The notes: generated by a model not told the origin, from the letters alone. Shown: positions 48,711-59,465, numbered from the stretch's first letter. The stretch is 64,000 bases of DNA from Nitrosopumilus sp. (GCA_965218785.1 OZ244650.1:384001-448000), one strand, 5' to 3'. Made by a program: numbers and translations.

Positions 48711-49493
48711 GTGATGATTAGGAATGCGACTGCCTTGGATAAAACTCTGGTTTTAAAATTTTGCAGAAATACCTTTTCCTGGGGCGATTACATTGATCAA
48801 GTCTGGAATTTCTGGCTGTCTGAGGGCAGTCTGCTGCTGTTTGAAAGAGAATCATCTCCGGCCGGGATATGCCATGCTCTTTACACATCTGATCAAGTCT
48901 GGATTGAGGGGATCAGAGTTGATCCTAATTTTCAAAGACAAAAAATCGCATCCGAACTAATAAGATACGCCGAATCAATAGGAAGAAAAAAATCCATTCC
49001 ATCTTCCCACATGCTAATTGATACTGAAAATACCCCGTCTCTTTTATTGACATCTTCCCTGGGTTATGGTGTTTTTCAAACCTGGAATTTTTACTCTCTT
49101 AAATCCGGAACAAATTCAAATTACGACATCCATTTTGAAAAATCCCTCGATCGTCAACTCTATTCCCACTATGTAAAATCCTGGAGGTGGCTTCCCATAG
49201 ATGATTCTGTCCTGTCTGTATTTTATAAAAAAAATCAGATTGTAAAATCCTGCATAGATGGCAATACTTCGATTGCAATCCTTGCCGATTCTGAACATTT
49301 TGATGATACTCTTATAGTCACACTGTTCTCAGGCTCACCTGATGCCACATTACAGATAATCTCATTTTTACAAAATTACGGCGCTGAAAATCATTATGAG
49401 AGAATCCAAATTCTGACCAAGGAGGAATTACCTGTCTCTGATTCACTCGAATATAGAATTTCATTCCATCTTGTGAAAAAACCACTGGATTAA
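48711..49493 (+). CDS. GNAT family acetyltransferase
   Basis: WIEGIRVDPNFQRQKIA, NTPS..L..SLGY. Confidence 0.82.
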   Translation: MMIRNATALDKTLVLKFCRNTFSWGDYIDQVWNFWLSEGSLLLFERESSPAGICHALYTSDQVWIEGIRVDPNFQRQKIASELIRYAESIGRKKSIPSSHMLIDTENTPSLLLTSSLGYGVFQTWNFYSLKSGTNSNYDIHFEKSLDRQLYSHYVKSWRWLPIDDSVLSVFYKKNQIVKSCIDGNTSIAILADSEHFDDTLIVTLFSGSPDATLQIISFLQNYGAENHYERIQILTKEELPVSDSLEYRISFHLVKKPLD

Positions 49494-50359
49494 CCTGGCT
49501 TGACAATCCTTATTGTATTCCTTAAAATTCCAAGAGATTCGATCTCCATCTCCACCGTATCTCCGTTCTTCAGGAACACCGCATTTGGCTTGTTTAGCAT
49601 TACTCCTGCAGGCGTTCCAGTAGAGATGATGTCTCCTTTCTCCAGGGTCATGACTCTGGAAATTTTTGAAATGATCTCCGGAATTTTAATGAACATGTTG
49701 TTTGTAGATGAATCCTGTCGCAGTTCCCCGTTGACCTTGGTTGTTAATCTCAGATTCTGGGCATCTCTGACCTCGTCGGCAGTTGTGATCCACGGTCCGC
49801 ATGGTGCAAACGAATCAAAGCTCTTTCCCCTTGTAAACTGCTTGTCTTTGAATTGAATGTCTCTGGCTGAAACATCATTGAATATCATATATCCAAATAT
49901 GACTCCGGATGCGTCATTTATGCTGATATTTTTACAGTCCTTGCCAATTATCAGGGCCAGCTCCACCTCATAGTCTAACTGTGTGACAAAATCCGGACAT
50001 ACGATATCTGATCCGGTACCAGTCAGTGCGGTTCGAGGTTTTATTACTATGGCTGGATCCTCTGGTGCCTGCAGTCCCTGCTCTTCTGCATGATCCACAT
50101 AATTAAATGCCAGACAAATTATTTTATTTGGATTTGGTATGGGTGGTAGGAATCCGAATTTTGAGATGTCTTTCTCGTATGACAAATCCCCGATCTTATT
50201 TTTAATCTCCTCGTACCATCCATCAAAAAGAAAATCCTTGACATTATGTGGTATTGGGACTCCCGTAGAGAATGTTATTTCATCTTTTGTTGCCACCCTG
50301 TCTCCTTGTATGAGACCATACGTTTCATTATTCCCGTCTGACAGTCGTGCTATCTTCAT
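49490..50359 (-). CDS. Fumarylacetoacetate hydrolase family protein
   Basis: NYVDH, DYEVEL, NDVSARD, GKSFD, GDIISTGTP. Confidence 0.93.
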   Translation of the reverse strand: MKIARLSDGNNETYGLIQGDRVATKDEITFSTGVPIPHNVKDFLFDGWYEEIKNKIGDLSYEKDISKFGFLPPIPNPNKIICLAFNYVDHAEEQGLQAPEDPAIVIKPRTALTGTGSDIVCPDFVTQLDYEVELALIIGKDCKNISINDASGVIFGYMIFNDVSARDIQFKDKQFTRGKSFDSFAPCGPWITTADEVRDAQNLRLTTKVNGELRQDSSTNNMFIKIPEIISKISRVMTLEKGDIISTGTPAGVMLNKPNAVFLKNGDTVEMEIESLGILRNTIRIVKPG

Positions 50360-50365
50360 TATTGA

Positions 50366-52084
50366 TCACTTGTGTGTATAGATCGCCTGATTCTGTGAAT
50401 CCTTTCTGCAGTATCCAAATCTGACAAATTGAATCTCATCTCCTTCCCTTAATTGTAGATACTGCGGCTCTGTATAAACGTCTAATTCCTCCAAACTATC
50501 TTCGTTAAACTCGTCTCCGTTGAATAGCATTTTTGGAACAAAAATTTTAATTTTATGTGCTGTTCTTTGAGGAACCCATTGAATTTTTGGCATGTCGTCT
50601 GTCTTACCATCCCCGATGAACTCCCCCTCAAGCTCCGTCTCACTTTTTGTTATGGATACATTTCCCAATCCTAAAAGTCTAATCTGCGTTCCCTGCCTGA
50701 TGTTTTGTGCGTCATCCCCAGAAATATAGAAATTTTCATCAATCTCAATCCTTCTTTTTCCAATGTCGTTAACTGGATGGTTGGGAATTTCAACTGATGA
50801 AACTGGCAAATTTCTCACTGTTAATTTTCTGGCATCACTTACCATGAACAGCCTGATGCTTTCAGAATCAACTAGCTTCCGATTAAAGGCCTCAAGCGAA
50901 TCAAACGGTGCAAGCGTGTTTGCCTTGGTAAATCCTAGTGATAAGATGAATTTCTTTATGGCCTCGGGTCTTATCCCGCGCCTTCTTAGGGCCTCTAGTG
51001 TCGGTAATCTGGGATCGTCATACCACGAAACCTTTCTCTCTTCAATCAATGGCTTGATAATTCTCTTCGAGGTAGGCATGCCCTTGAACTCTAGTCTTGA
51101 GAAAAATCCCTGATACGGCTTTCTCATATTTAATGCGTCTAAAATTGCATCTATGAGCTCCTCTCTAAGCTCAAATTCTTTTGAACGAAAAGCATGCGTG
51201 ACCCCGTCAATGCTATCCTCGATAGCAACTGCCATGTCATAGCTTGGCCAAATTCTATATTTTTTCCCCAGCGTGTAGTGTTTTTCATCAATAATTCTAA
51301 ACAGCACCGGATCCCTCATTACCGCGTTGTCTGCCTTCATGTCTCCACGAAATCTTACAATCGCCTCGCCTGGTTTGAATTTTACATTCATTTTTTCCCA
51401 GTTTTTATTATTTTTTTCAATGTCGGCCATGCTGCATTTGCATGCCTTTCTCTCCCTTCTGTTCTTGCCGATCTCGTCTCGTTTACAGGTGCAGACGTAT
51501 GCCTTTCCGGAATTAATCAGTTCCAGTCCTTTCTCATAAAACAACTCCATGTCATCTGAGGTGCTTTTTATTGTGTCAATTTTGATTCCCAGCCACTCCA
51601 GTCCGACTTTGATTGCCGCATGATATTCCATTCTTTCTGCCTCGGGATTCGTATCATCCATTCTAAGAATAAATTTCCCGCCGTACATCCTTGCATATTC
51701 TGAATTAATTATGGCGGCCTTTGCATGTCCTATGTGGGGATATCCGTTTGGTTCGGGTGGAAACCTCGTAACGACATTTCCCTGCTGTGCATCTTTTAAT
51801 TCCGGAAGACCCTCCCTCTCTGCAATCCTTTCCTTGGGTGCCAAAATTTCTGCAAAGTCAGCTTTAATCTCTTTTTTTTGCTCCTCAACTGACAACTGGT
51901 TTACGGCAGTGACAATTTCAGAAATCTCCCCTGCGATCTCCTTTACCCTGGTTCTAAACTCTGGTCTTGTCCCCAGAATTTTTCCTAAAATTATTTTGTC
52001 TTGTGTCTGGCCCCCGTGTTCGAATGCGTTTTGGAGGGCCATCTTTCTAACTTCCTTTTTTATCTCTTCATTCATTGAATCCAT
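50366..52084 (-). CDS. gltX: Glutamyl-tRNA synthetase (archaeal)
   Basis: TRFPPEPNGYPHIGH, DDTNP, WYDDPRLPT, QFVRFGY. Confidence 0.96.
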   Translation of the reverse strand: MDSMNEEIKKEVRKMALQNAFEHGGQTQDKIILGKILGTRPEFRTRVKEIAGEISEIVTAVNQLSVEEQKKEIKADFAEILAPKERIAEREGLPELKDAQQGNVVTRFPPEPNGYPHIGHAKAAIINSEYARMYGGKFILRMDDTNPEAERMEYHAAIKVGLEWLGIKIDTIKSTSDDMELFYEKGLELINSGKAYVCTCKRDEIGKNRRERKACKCSMADIEKNNKNWEKMNVKFKPGEAIVRFRGDMKADNAVMRDPVLFRIIDEKHYTLGKKYRIWPSYDMAVAIEDSIDGVTHAFRSKEFELREELIDAILDALNMRKPYQGFFSRLEFKGMPTSKRIIKPLIEERKVSWYDDPRLPTLEALRRRGIRPEAIKKFILSLGFTKANTLAPFDSLEAFNRKLVDSESIRLFMVSDARKLTVRNLPVSSVEIPNHPVNDIGKRRIEIDENFYISGDDAQNIRQGTQIRLLGLGNVSITKSETELEGEFIGDGKTDDMPKIQWVPQRTAHKIKIFVPKMLFNGDEFNEDSLEELDVYTEPQYLQLREGDEIQFVRFGYCRKDSQNQAIYTHK

Positions 52085-52089
52085 CTAAA

Positions 52090-53070
52090 TCACACGCTTC
52101 TTTTGACTACAAAACCCAATAACGCAGTCAGTTCTGTTTTGGCTGAACCTGAATACGGTGCCAGTGATCTTTCGGCTCTTCGTGCGTATTGTAGAGCCTG
52201 TCTTCTGACCTCCTCCTCGATTCCAAGGGAGCGAATTGCCCCTACTGCCCCGTCTAGATCATTCTTAGTTGCCCTGGGATTTCCAAACGATTTTAAAATT
52301 ATTTTTTTATCCCTGCCTCTTGCTGATTTTATTGCCATGAGAATCGGCAGTGATTTTTTACCCTCTCTAAGATCATTTCCTACGGGCTTTTTTGTAATTT
52401 TGGGATCTCCCATCATTCCTATCAGGTCATCAGTTATCTGAAATGCAATCCCCAGGTTTCTTCCAAACGATGAAAGATTTGTAATGTCCTTGGGTTTGTT
52501 TGTGGCACAAATGGCCCCCATCGCACATGATACATCAAACAATGCCGCGGTCTTTTTTCCAATCATTGTAATATAATCTGCCTGTGATGGAATCTTCCTC
52601 TTCTGGGCCATCCTTACATCTAGCAGCTGTCCCTCACATACGTCTACACACGCCTTTGAGAGTCTGGAAACCAACTTTGTGGTTGCATCCGTGGATAATT
52701 TCGAGCTGGAAATTATCTGAAATGCTTTTGAAAACAGGACATCTCCTGCCAAAATTGCGATCGGCACTCCAAATTTTTTATGCACTGTTGGAACCCCGTG
52801 ACGTATCTCGTCATTATCCATAATGTCATCGTGAACTAGCGTAAAGTTGTGGACCATCTCTACGGCACCTGCAGCAGGCATTGCATTGGAGATCCTTCCT
52901 CCCAGAATCTGGCAGCTCTTAATTACCATGTATGGTCTTAGTCTTTTTCCGCCATGTACAATAAGATGTCCTGCCGCATCATAGAGTCTTTTTGGATTGC
53001 CCCTTAGTTTGGAATTTAGATATCTGTTTACCGTTTCTGCATTTTTTTCAACCTGTCTAGTCTTTTTCAT
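52090..53070 (-). CDS. Geranylgeranyl diphosphate synthase
   Basis: GGKRLRP, FTLVHDDIMD (Phe at -5), GQLLD, KKTA, FQITDDL. Confidence 0.94.
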   Translation of the reverse strand: MKKTRQVEKNAETVNRYLNSKLRGNPKRLYDAAGHLIVHGGKRLRPYMVIKSCQILGGRISNAMPAAGAVEMVHNFTLVHDDIMDNDEIRHGVPTVHKKFGVPIAILAGDVLFSKAFQIISSSKLSTDATTKLVSRLSKACVDVCEGQLLDVRMAQKRKIPSQADYITMIGKKTAALFDVSCAMGAICATNKPKDITNLSSFGRNLGIAFQITDDLIGMMGDPKITKKPVGNDLREGKKSLPILMAIKSARGRDKKIILKSFGNPRATKNDLDGAVGAIRSLGIEEEVRRQALQYARRAERSLAPYSGSAKTELTALLGFVVKRSV

Positions 53071-53707
53071 TTACTAATCTCCACCTGTCTTCTGGTAAAT
53101 GGGTCCTGATTGCCACAATCAATCCCTCCTGAACTTTACTCTTCATCCATGTAGATAATGCATCTCCATACTTTTCAAGAACAATTCGGTCGGACTTTGC
53201 CAATAATCCTAGTGCGATTAGCATCCATGGACAATAAATCCGTGGGTCTGTCTCCAATTCTGAGAGCATCTCTTCTGCGGAGATCCATCTGATCTCATCA
53301 ATCTCACCTTCAATCTCTTTGAGTTCTAAAGGATTATCAACTGTTCCAATTAACGTTGCACAGATTTCATTTTCAGAACCTGCATCCTTGTAGGGCACGT
53401 GATATTCAAATTTGTGCAGATAATCCAGCTTGCCCTTAATTCCCAATTCTTCAGGCATCCTTCTCTCCCCTGATGATACGTATGTCTCAGATTCCCTTGG
53501 ATGGCTTGCAAACGTACCGTCCCAGTCGCCTGGCCATAACATCTTCTCCCTTGCCCGTCTTGTTAGTGCCAGTCGATTTTTTTTGTCAAACAACAAGGCA
53601 GTAAAGGCCCGATGTAACTTCCCATCTGGCAAGTGACACCTTGTTTTTTCTTCGGTACCTATCGGATTATCATCCTCATCAACCAAAATTACAAATTCTT
53701 CAGACAT
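53057..53707 (-). CDS. idi: Isopentenyl-diphosphate isomerase type 1 (Nudix fold)
   Basis: VILVDEDD, CH..GKLHRAF, SHP, EELGI, ENEIC, PW. Confidence 0.9.
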   Translation of the reverse strand: MSEEFVILVDEDDNPIGTEEKTRCHLPDGKLHRAFTALLFDKKNRLALTRRAREKMLWPGDWDGTFASHPRESETYVSSGERRMPEELGIKGKLDYLHKFEYHVPYKDAGSENEICATLIGTVDNPLELKEIEGEIDEIRWISAEEMLSELETDPRIYCPWMLIALGLLAKSDRIVLEKYGDALSTWMKSKVQEGLIVAIRTHLPEDRWRLVNEKD

Positions 53708-54452
53708 TTCGCTTACCTCTAAACAACGTTCCTTCATACTTTTTATTTTTAACTGCTTTTACAATTCTTTCTGGCTTGCCGCCATTTACAAAAAACACAT
53801 CGACTCCCCGCTTTGAAATTTTTGAAGATTCCTGAATTTTTCTGGCCATTCCCCCGGTAACATCCATCACGTTTTGTGAAATTAAGGGGCGTTGATCTTT
53901 TAACTCACGGATTAATTTTTTTGATTCAAGATCAGAATACAGTCCGTCCTCATCTAGGGCAAAAATACAGAGCCTAGGTTTTAAAATGCCTGCAAGATGG
54001 GTCATGATTTTATCCCCTGATAAAATGTATGTTTTTTTCTGTCCGTACCACAAGGCATCCCCATACGTGACTGGAATCAGGCCTGATTCTGCAATTTTTT
54101 TAATCTCCCTTACCTTCTTTGGGATCGGTTTGTTCCCGGACATAAAGTCAGTCGGTGGAAGGGAGTATGGATTTAACTTGTTTTTTAACAGTGAATCCAA
54201 AATAATCTTGTTTAATTCGATCATTGAATTTTTTACGATTGAAACTCCCCTGAGATTGTATTTTTTTTCTTTGGTATGCATGTCGTATTTTACGGACCAA
54301 TAATGCCCGTAGGAACCTCCACCGTGAACTATTACAACTGACTCTTCAATCTTCTTTAATCCCTTGGCAAGCCTGTCTATTGTTTTTCTTTTAGCTGATA
54401 ACGGTTTTTCCTTTTTTGTGATAATCGAGCCGCCCAATTTTATTAGAATCAT
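53700..54452 (-). CDS. ipk: Isopentenyl phosphate kinase
   Basis: KLGGSIIT, HGGGSYGH, SGD, DVTGGM. Confidence 0.93.
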   Translation of the reverse strand: MILIKLGGSIITKKEKPLSAKRKTIDRLAKGLKKIEESVVIVHGGGSYGHYWSVKYDMHTKEKKYNLRGVSIVKNSMIELNKIILDSLLKNKLNPYSLPPTDFMSGNKPIPKKVREIKKIAESGLIPVTYGDALWYGQKKTYILSGDKIMTHLAGILKPRLCIFALDEDGLYSDLESKKLIRELKDQRPLISQNVMDVTGGMARKIQESSKISKRGVDVFFVNGGKPERIVKAVKNKKYEGTLFRGKRNV

Positions 54453-54475
54453 GCTGTTCCAAATTAGGCAGTCAA

Positions 54476-55426
54476 TTAAAAAGTATCCAGTCCTTTAAAG
54501 TCGATTTTTACTGAAAAACACTTGTAGTTCATCTCGTTGAATTGACTAATCACAGCTTCTGAATTTGATTCATCAGTCAAGGCAAAGATACATCCGCCTC
54601 CTCCAGCACCCGTAATTTTTGCTCCAAACGATGATTTTTCTCCTATTTTGACCATCTCCCCCAGTTTGTTATTTGAGACTCCTATGGCCTCCAGATATTT
54701 CTGATTTTGAATTATCTTCTGACCCAGTCCCTCCACGTTGTTACTTTTTAACAGCCTCAGAACATCCTCGACTAGTACTGCCTCACTATCACATAATTTT
54801 GAGAATTCAATCCCGTTTTCTTCCTTGAATTTTTTTACTCTTGAAACTATTGATTCTGTAGAATGCTCCATCTCCGAGTTTGCAATTATCAGATGAAAAT
54901 TAGCCTTGGATTCTATTTTTACAAATCCATTTTTCTTGTCATACTCCATAATTCCCCCATATGTGCAGACAGTACAATCCGCACCTGACGTATCTTGAAA
55001 AATTGTTTTTTCAGCTGCAATTGCAAGCTCAAGAATCTCCTCCCTGCTGGACTCTGCAAATAATCCGGAGATTGCCGCCGCACCTGCGACACAGCATGCA
55101 GATGATGAACCCAGACCCACCCCTGATGGAATATCTGATTCTATGATGATTCTGATTCCTGCAGTCCCATCTTGTGCTTGTAACATCCTGTCTGCTAAAT
55201 AATAAAACGGTTTTAACGGGGAGTATATTTCTGGGATGGACTTTTTGCCAGGTTCCAAAACCAAGTCACCTATATCTGATTGAATGAAAATCTTTTTCTC
55301 ATCAATTTTTTCAGCAGTAACTGTGACTCTCTTATTAATTGCACAGAGGATAGCTTTTACTCCATATACTACAAAGTGTTCTCCAAAAAGAATGACCTTT
55401 CCCGGTGCAGAAGCTTTAGATTTCAA
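54476..55426 (-). CDS. mvk: Mevalonate kinase
   Basis: PGKVILFGEH, PSGVGLGSSSA, SGAD, KITGAGGGG. Confidence 0.95.
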   Translation of the reverse strand: MKSKASAPGKVILFGEHFVVYGVKAILCAINKRVTVTAEKIDEKKIFIQSDIGDLVLEPGKKSIPEIYSPLKPFYYLADRMLQAQDGTAGIRIIIESDIPSGVGLGSSSACCVAGAAAISGLFAESSREEILELAIAAEKTIFQDTSGADCTVCTYGGIMEYDKKNGFVKIESKANFHLIIANSEMEHSTESIVSRVKKFKEENGIEFSKLCDSEAVLVEDVLRLLKSNNVEGLGQKIIQNQKYLEAIGVSNNKLGEMVKIGEKSSFGAKITGAGGGGCIFALTDESNSEAVISQFNEMNYKCFSVKIDFKGLDTF

Positions 55427-55446
55427 GTGAATACTATCTGGCCGAA

Positions 55447-56070
55447 TTATTCGGGTTCCTCTTCTATGATCTTCGTCTCAAAATCATCGATTTCATACTT
55501 CATTGATTCGTCCTCTTTTAGATCCCCCCTTTCAATGAGGACTTGACGTACCAGTAGCCAGTAAACTGTTGCAAGAGCCTTTCTTCCTCTGTTGTTTGCT
55601 GGAATAATCACGTCAAGTTTGGATGTAATGTTGTCAGTATTTGCAATTCCTATCACGGGAATGCCTGCATTGGTAGCTTCTCTAACTGCCTGTTCATCAA
55701 CTTGTGGATCCGAGATTAAAACCAATTTTGGTTCAATGTAATATGGCAATGAGGGATTTGTCAGAGTTCCCGGCATGAATCTGCCAAGAAGACTCTTGGA
55801 GCCTAGCATCTCGCAGAATTTTTCAATTGGCGTCTCTGCATACTGCCTGCCTGAGCACACAATCAGTTTGTCTGTACCAAGCCTGTTGATAAATTTTGCA
55901 GCGGTTTGAATTTTCTCTAATGTAATGTCTAGATCAAGCATGTACAGCCCCTCGGGACTGGCTTTTGTGATGAACGGTTTCATGAATTTGGTCTTTACCT
56001 GTGTTCCTACCCTGATTCCAGTAGAGATGACCATCTTTTTGATATCTGTTACCTCGGTTTGTTGATCCAT
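55447..56070 (-). CDS. rps2: 30S ribosomal protein S2 (uS2)
   Basis: GRFMPGTLTNP, IIPANNRGRK. Confidence 0.96.
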   Translation of the reverse strand: MDQQTEVTDIKKMVISTGIRVGTQVKTKFMKPFITKASPEGLYMLDLDITLEKIQTAAKFINRLGTDKLIVCSGRQYAETPIEKFCEMLGSKSLLGRFMPGTLTNPSLPYYIEPKLVLISDPQVDEQAVREATNAGIPVIGIANTDNITSKLDVIIPANNRGRKALATVYWLLVRQVLIERGDLKEDESMKYEIDDFETKIIEEEPE

Positions 56071-56077
56071 AACGATT

Positions 56078-57316
56078 TTAAATCTCTGCCATACCGCATA
56101 TTAAGTCATGCCCTGACAGGCGTAACAATTCATTGAGTTTTGCCACTCTTTCTCCTCCCACTATGCCGACTTTGAGCATTTTTGATTTTGTTGCCAATCC
56201 TATGTGTGATATTTGTGAATCAACTGATTCACCCGATCTGTGTGACGTGATTAATCTGATATTGTTTTGATTTGCTACACTGGCAAATTCAAGAGCATCA
56301 TAAAGGCTGCCTGCCTGGTTTACTTTTAAAATCGCCGCGTTGCATGATTTTGAATTAATCGCCTTTGTTAGAATGTCCTTGTTTGTCACTGTCAAATCAT
56401 CCCCTGTAATCATGGTATCTGGAAATCTCTTTGTCAACTCTGCCATGTCTTCAAAGGCCTCTTCATGAACTGCGTCTTCTGCATAAATTAATTTGTATTT
56501 TTCAATAATATCTGCGGTAAAATCAACCTGCTCTCCGGTGGAATTTTCAAATCCGGCCCTGTCATAAACATACTTTTGTTTTTCCTCGTTCCATTGCGTG
56601 GATGATGCAAAATCCACCCCCAGTGATACCTCCCTTCCAAGCGCATATCCTAGATTCTCACAGGCCTTTGCAGAAGCTTCTAGTGCCTTTTGGTTGTCTA
56701 ATTTTGGAGCCCATCCACCTTCATCACCTTTGCCGTTGGTAAAATCCGGATCCTCCTTTTCCAAGACATTACGTAATTCTTTGTGTACTTTCAAATTAGT
56801 TTCAATCGAATCTTCAATTGTTTTTGATCCCGTCGAACAAATCAAAATTTCCTGAATGTCCGGCGTTCCATGCCCTGCATGCATCCCGCCGCCTAAGATA
56901 TTGCCTAACGGAAATGGAAATCTGAACAGAGTATCTGATGACAACGTCTGAAACAATTGCTGTCCTGCAGCCTTTGATGCTGATTCCATTGCTGCAATGG
57001 TTACAGCAAATGCGAGTGCTCCTCCGATGTCTGAATAGTTTGAAGAGCCATCCAAGCTCTTCAGTACATTGTGGATTCCCTCAAGGTCGGAGGATTCTAG
57101 TCCGATAAATTTCTGGGAGTTTTCCCGCAGAACCCTCAGGCTTTCTTCTGGCTTTCCATTGGGAAAACTGACTGCCTCCCACTTTCCGACACTGGCCCCT
57201 GACGGCGCACAAACTCTTCCTAAAAAACCGCCGTCTGATTTGACATCCACCTCGACTGTCTTGCTTCCCCTGCTGTTGTATATGATGCGTCCTTCAACTG
57301 AGGAAATCTTAGTCAA
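56078..57316 (-). CDS. eno: Enolase
   Basis: PSGAS, GDEGG, GDDL, LKVNQ, SHRSGE. Confidence 0.95.
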   Translation of the reverse strand: MTKISSVEGRIIYNSRGSKTVEVDVKSDGGFLGRVCAPSGASVGKWEAVSFPNGKPEESLRVLRENSQKFIGLESSDLEGIHNVLKSLDGSSNYSDIGGALAFAVTIAAMESASKAAGQQLFQTLSSDTLFRFPFPLGNILGGGMHAGHGTPDIQEILICSTGSKTIEDSIETNLKVHKELRNVLEKEDPDFTNGKGDEGGWAPKLDNQKALEASAKACENLGYALGREVSLGVDFASSTQWNEEKQKYVYDRAGFENSTGEQVDFTADIIEKYKLIYAEDAVHEEAFEDMAELTKRFPDTMITGDDLTVTNKDILTKAINSKSCNAAILKVNQAGSLYDALEFASVANQNNIRLITSHRSGESVDSQISHIGLATKSKMLKVGIVGGERVAKLNELLRLSGHDLICGMAEI

Positions 57317-57345
57317 GTCACTCTAACTCAAGTCACTCTAACTCA
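57313..57345. repeat. 15-bp tandem duplication at the rpoN/eno junction
   Basis: TCAAGTCACTCTAAC x2 plus TCA. Confidence 0.85.
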
Positions 57346-57569
57346 GATTGAACTTCTTGCTTTCTTTTCTGAATTGCTTCATAAAACGGAATCACCTGCT
57401 GAATCGTTTCGACCGTAGTCAAAAGCATTCTTCTGCAGCAATATCTCTCAATTCCCAAGGAATCCAGGACTTTTGCAGGATCCTCGCCTGACTTTACCTT
57501 ATTTTGATAATCGCCATATTTGTCGGCAATCATGTTTCCACACGTAAAACATCTGACAGGAATTAACAT
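57333..57569 (-). CDS. rpoN: RNA polymerase subunit Rpo10 (N)
   Basis: [11 protein letters not shown] and RYCCRRM. Confidence 0.96.
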   Translation of the reverse strand: MLIPVRCFTCGNMIADKYGDYQNKVKSGEDPAKVLDSLGIERYCCRRMLLTTVETIQQVIPFYEAIQKRKQEVQSELE

Positions 57570-57621
57570 ACGAACGGAAAAGTAATCAAGGATTATAAAA
57601 ACCATTCAAGAAAACTTCTTT

Positions 57622-57706
57622 GCGGGCGTCGCCCAGCCTGGCCAAAGGCGCTAGCTTGAGGGGCTAGTCTCTTAGGAGTTCGTGGGTTCAAATCCCATCG
57701 CCCGCA
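57622..57706 (+). tRNA. tRNA-Leu(GAG)
   Basis: GCGGGCG/CGCCCGC; CTAGC-TTGAGGG-GCTAG; long variable arm; TTATAAAA at 57593-57600. Confidence 0.95.
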
Positions 57707-57721
57707 TCAATTTTTGAGGAT

Positions 57722-58336
57722 CTACCTCTCCAGTCTCTGCAGGGTTTTGATCAGTTCTGTACGTCTCTGCTCTTCGGTAATTGCAGATCTTACATTCTCT
57801 ACAAGAATCCTGCCAACGTCAATCTTTCTTCTGGCCTCTTTTAGAACCTTGTCGTACATTGAAAAAGTATACAGATGAAGATAGAGATTTTCCATGACCT
57901 CAAAAACTCTTGTAGCCTCCTCGACATCCCCTATTCTGATTTTGTCAAATACCATTCTCTTCAATTCGCCTATGCCATCTAGCAATCCTAAAACATATGA
58001 CTCTGGCATTACTGATAATTTTTTATCAGATGGGATCTCTTTTCTTTCAACAACTGCAATCAGACATGAGGCCTCTACAAATTCCTGCTCAGGTGTAATC
58101 AGGTATCGTCTCAGTTCTCCTGTCGCCTTTGTCCTGTATCTCTTCAAGAGTCTCTCTGCACTGTTCAGATTCTTTTTCCCCGTCCTCAAATCACCCTTGT
58201 GTACTGCAATGATTGACCTGCTGCAGAGAATGACTATCTCCCTTGTATTTTTTAGTAAAAACTCCCTTGCATCCTGGATATTACCTAGAGATTTTGCAAT
58301 CTTGTTTAATGATGGTTTTACGTTCTTTAACGTCAT
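57722..58336 (-). CDS. Translin/Trax (C3PO) family protein
   Basis: QEFVEA, YVLGLLDGIGELKR, RRKID. Confidence 0.9.
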   Translation of the reverse strand: MTLKNVKPSLNKIAKSLGNIQDAREFLLKNTREIVILCSRSIIAVHKGDLRTGKKNLNSAERLLKRYRTKATGELRRYLITPEQEFVEASCLIAVVERKEIPSDKKLSVMPESYVLGLLDGIGELKRMVFDKIRIGDVEEATRVFEVMENLYLHLYTFSMYDKVLKEARRKIDVGRILVENVRSAITEEQRRTELIKTLQRLER

Positions 58337-58403
58337 GCTTGATGTTATCAAAGCTAGGATAAAACCGTATGCCAGATCCTTTCATATTTTATGTGTTGAA
58401 ATT

Positions 58404-59465
58404 CTATTTAAAAAAGAGGTTTAATATCCTCTTTAATCTTGACGACTTGCCGTTTACACCTATGGTGGGCGTGGGTTTTTCAACAAAAATTCCCTGCGGT
58501 CTGTACAATAAAATCACAAGCAGAATTATTCCAAGCAGCAAAAAGTCAAGCCATACAACATCAAATGGAACAAATCCCTCAAACGAATCCTTGAAAAATA
58601 TGATAAGCTTTCGCAGTGTCACAAAAATTAGCGTTCCAATTATGACTCCCTTGTTATTTGCCAGCCCTCCGATGAGAATCATAAGAAACGGCCAAAACGT
58701 CCAGCTTGCCCTGTCATATGCAAATGCGATGGTGCCGCCGACATAAAATGCGTATAACGCACCGCCTATTGCCGCAAGTGCTGCTGCGACCATTATCACC
58801 TTAATTCTGATCTGCGTGGAGTTTTTTCCAAGGGATTCAGCTGTCACCTCATTGTCCCGGACGGCCCGCAACATCCTTCCAAGAGGGGAACGAATCATTT
58901 TTTCGCTAAACACAAAAACGGCAATTGCAATCAGCACCAACCCCAGCGTGGCCACAGGAAAGCGCATCTCATCGGGTAAAAATGACAGCGGATCTGGCAC
59001 CTGGACTCCGAGGGTACCGCCAACTAACGGCGTGAAATTATTTCCGATAATTCTGATACTCTCGCCAAATGCCAGCAGTGTAATTGCCAGATAATCCCCG
59101 CGTAATCTGATTGCAGGATATGATGTGAGCAATCCTACTCCTCCGCCCACCCCTGCTGCAATACCCAGTGTCAAAAAGAAAACTACAAAGCCAATTCCAG
59201 TGTTGTCAACTAGCCATATATTGATCTCAGAGACTATTGCCAAATTATTTGTAATGTAATCGCCCTCAATTCCGGCAATGCTTGCAAAAATTCGTCCGGG
59301 AACTGATGCGGCTACAAATGCACCTGCCCCCACTGCCAACACCTTGCCAAAGTTTGGAATTCCGGTATATCCGAACTCCATGTTCAAACTGAGATTAACA
59401 ATGACGTAGATTGCAAATATTGCAAGAAGATCCACGATGAAAATTGTTTCAGATTCTAGAACCAT
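58404..59465 (-). CDS. livM: Branched-chain amino acid (HAAT) ABC permease LivM
   Basis: GYTGIPNFG, RLRGDYLAITLL, SPLGRMLRAVRDNE, RPQGI. Confidence 0.9.
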   Translation of the reverse strand: MVLESETIFIVDLLAIFAIYVIVNLSLNMEFGYTGIPNFGKVLAVGAGAFVAASVPGRIFASIAGIEGDYITNNLAIVSEINIWLVDNTGIGFVVFFLTLGIAAGVGGGVGLLTSYPAIRLRGDYLAITLLAFGESIRIIGNNFTPLVGGTLGVQVPDPLSFLPDEMRFPVATLGLVLIAIAVFVFSEKMIRSPLGRMLRAVRDNEVTAESLGKNSTQIRIKVIMVAAALAAIGGALYAFYVGGTIAFAYDRASWTFWPFLMILIGGLANNKGVIIGTLIFVTLRKLIIFFKDSFEGFVPFDVVWLDFLLLGIILLVILLYRPQGIFVEKPTPTIGVNGKSSRLKRILNLFFK

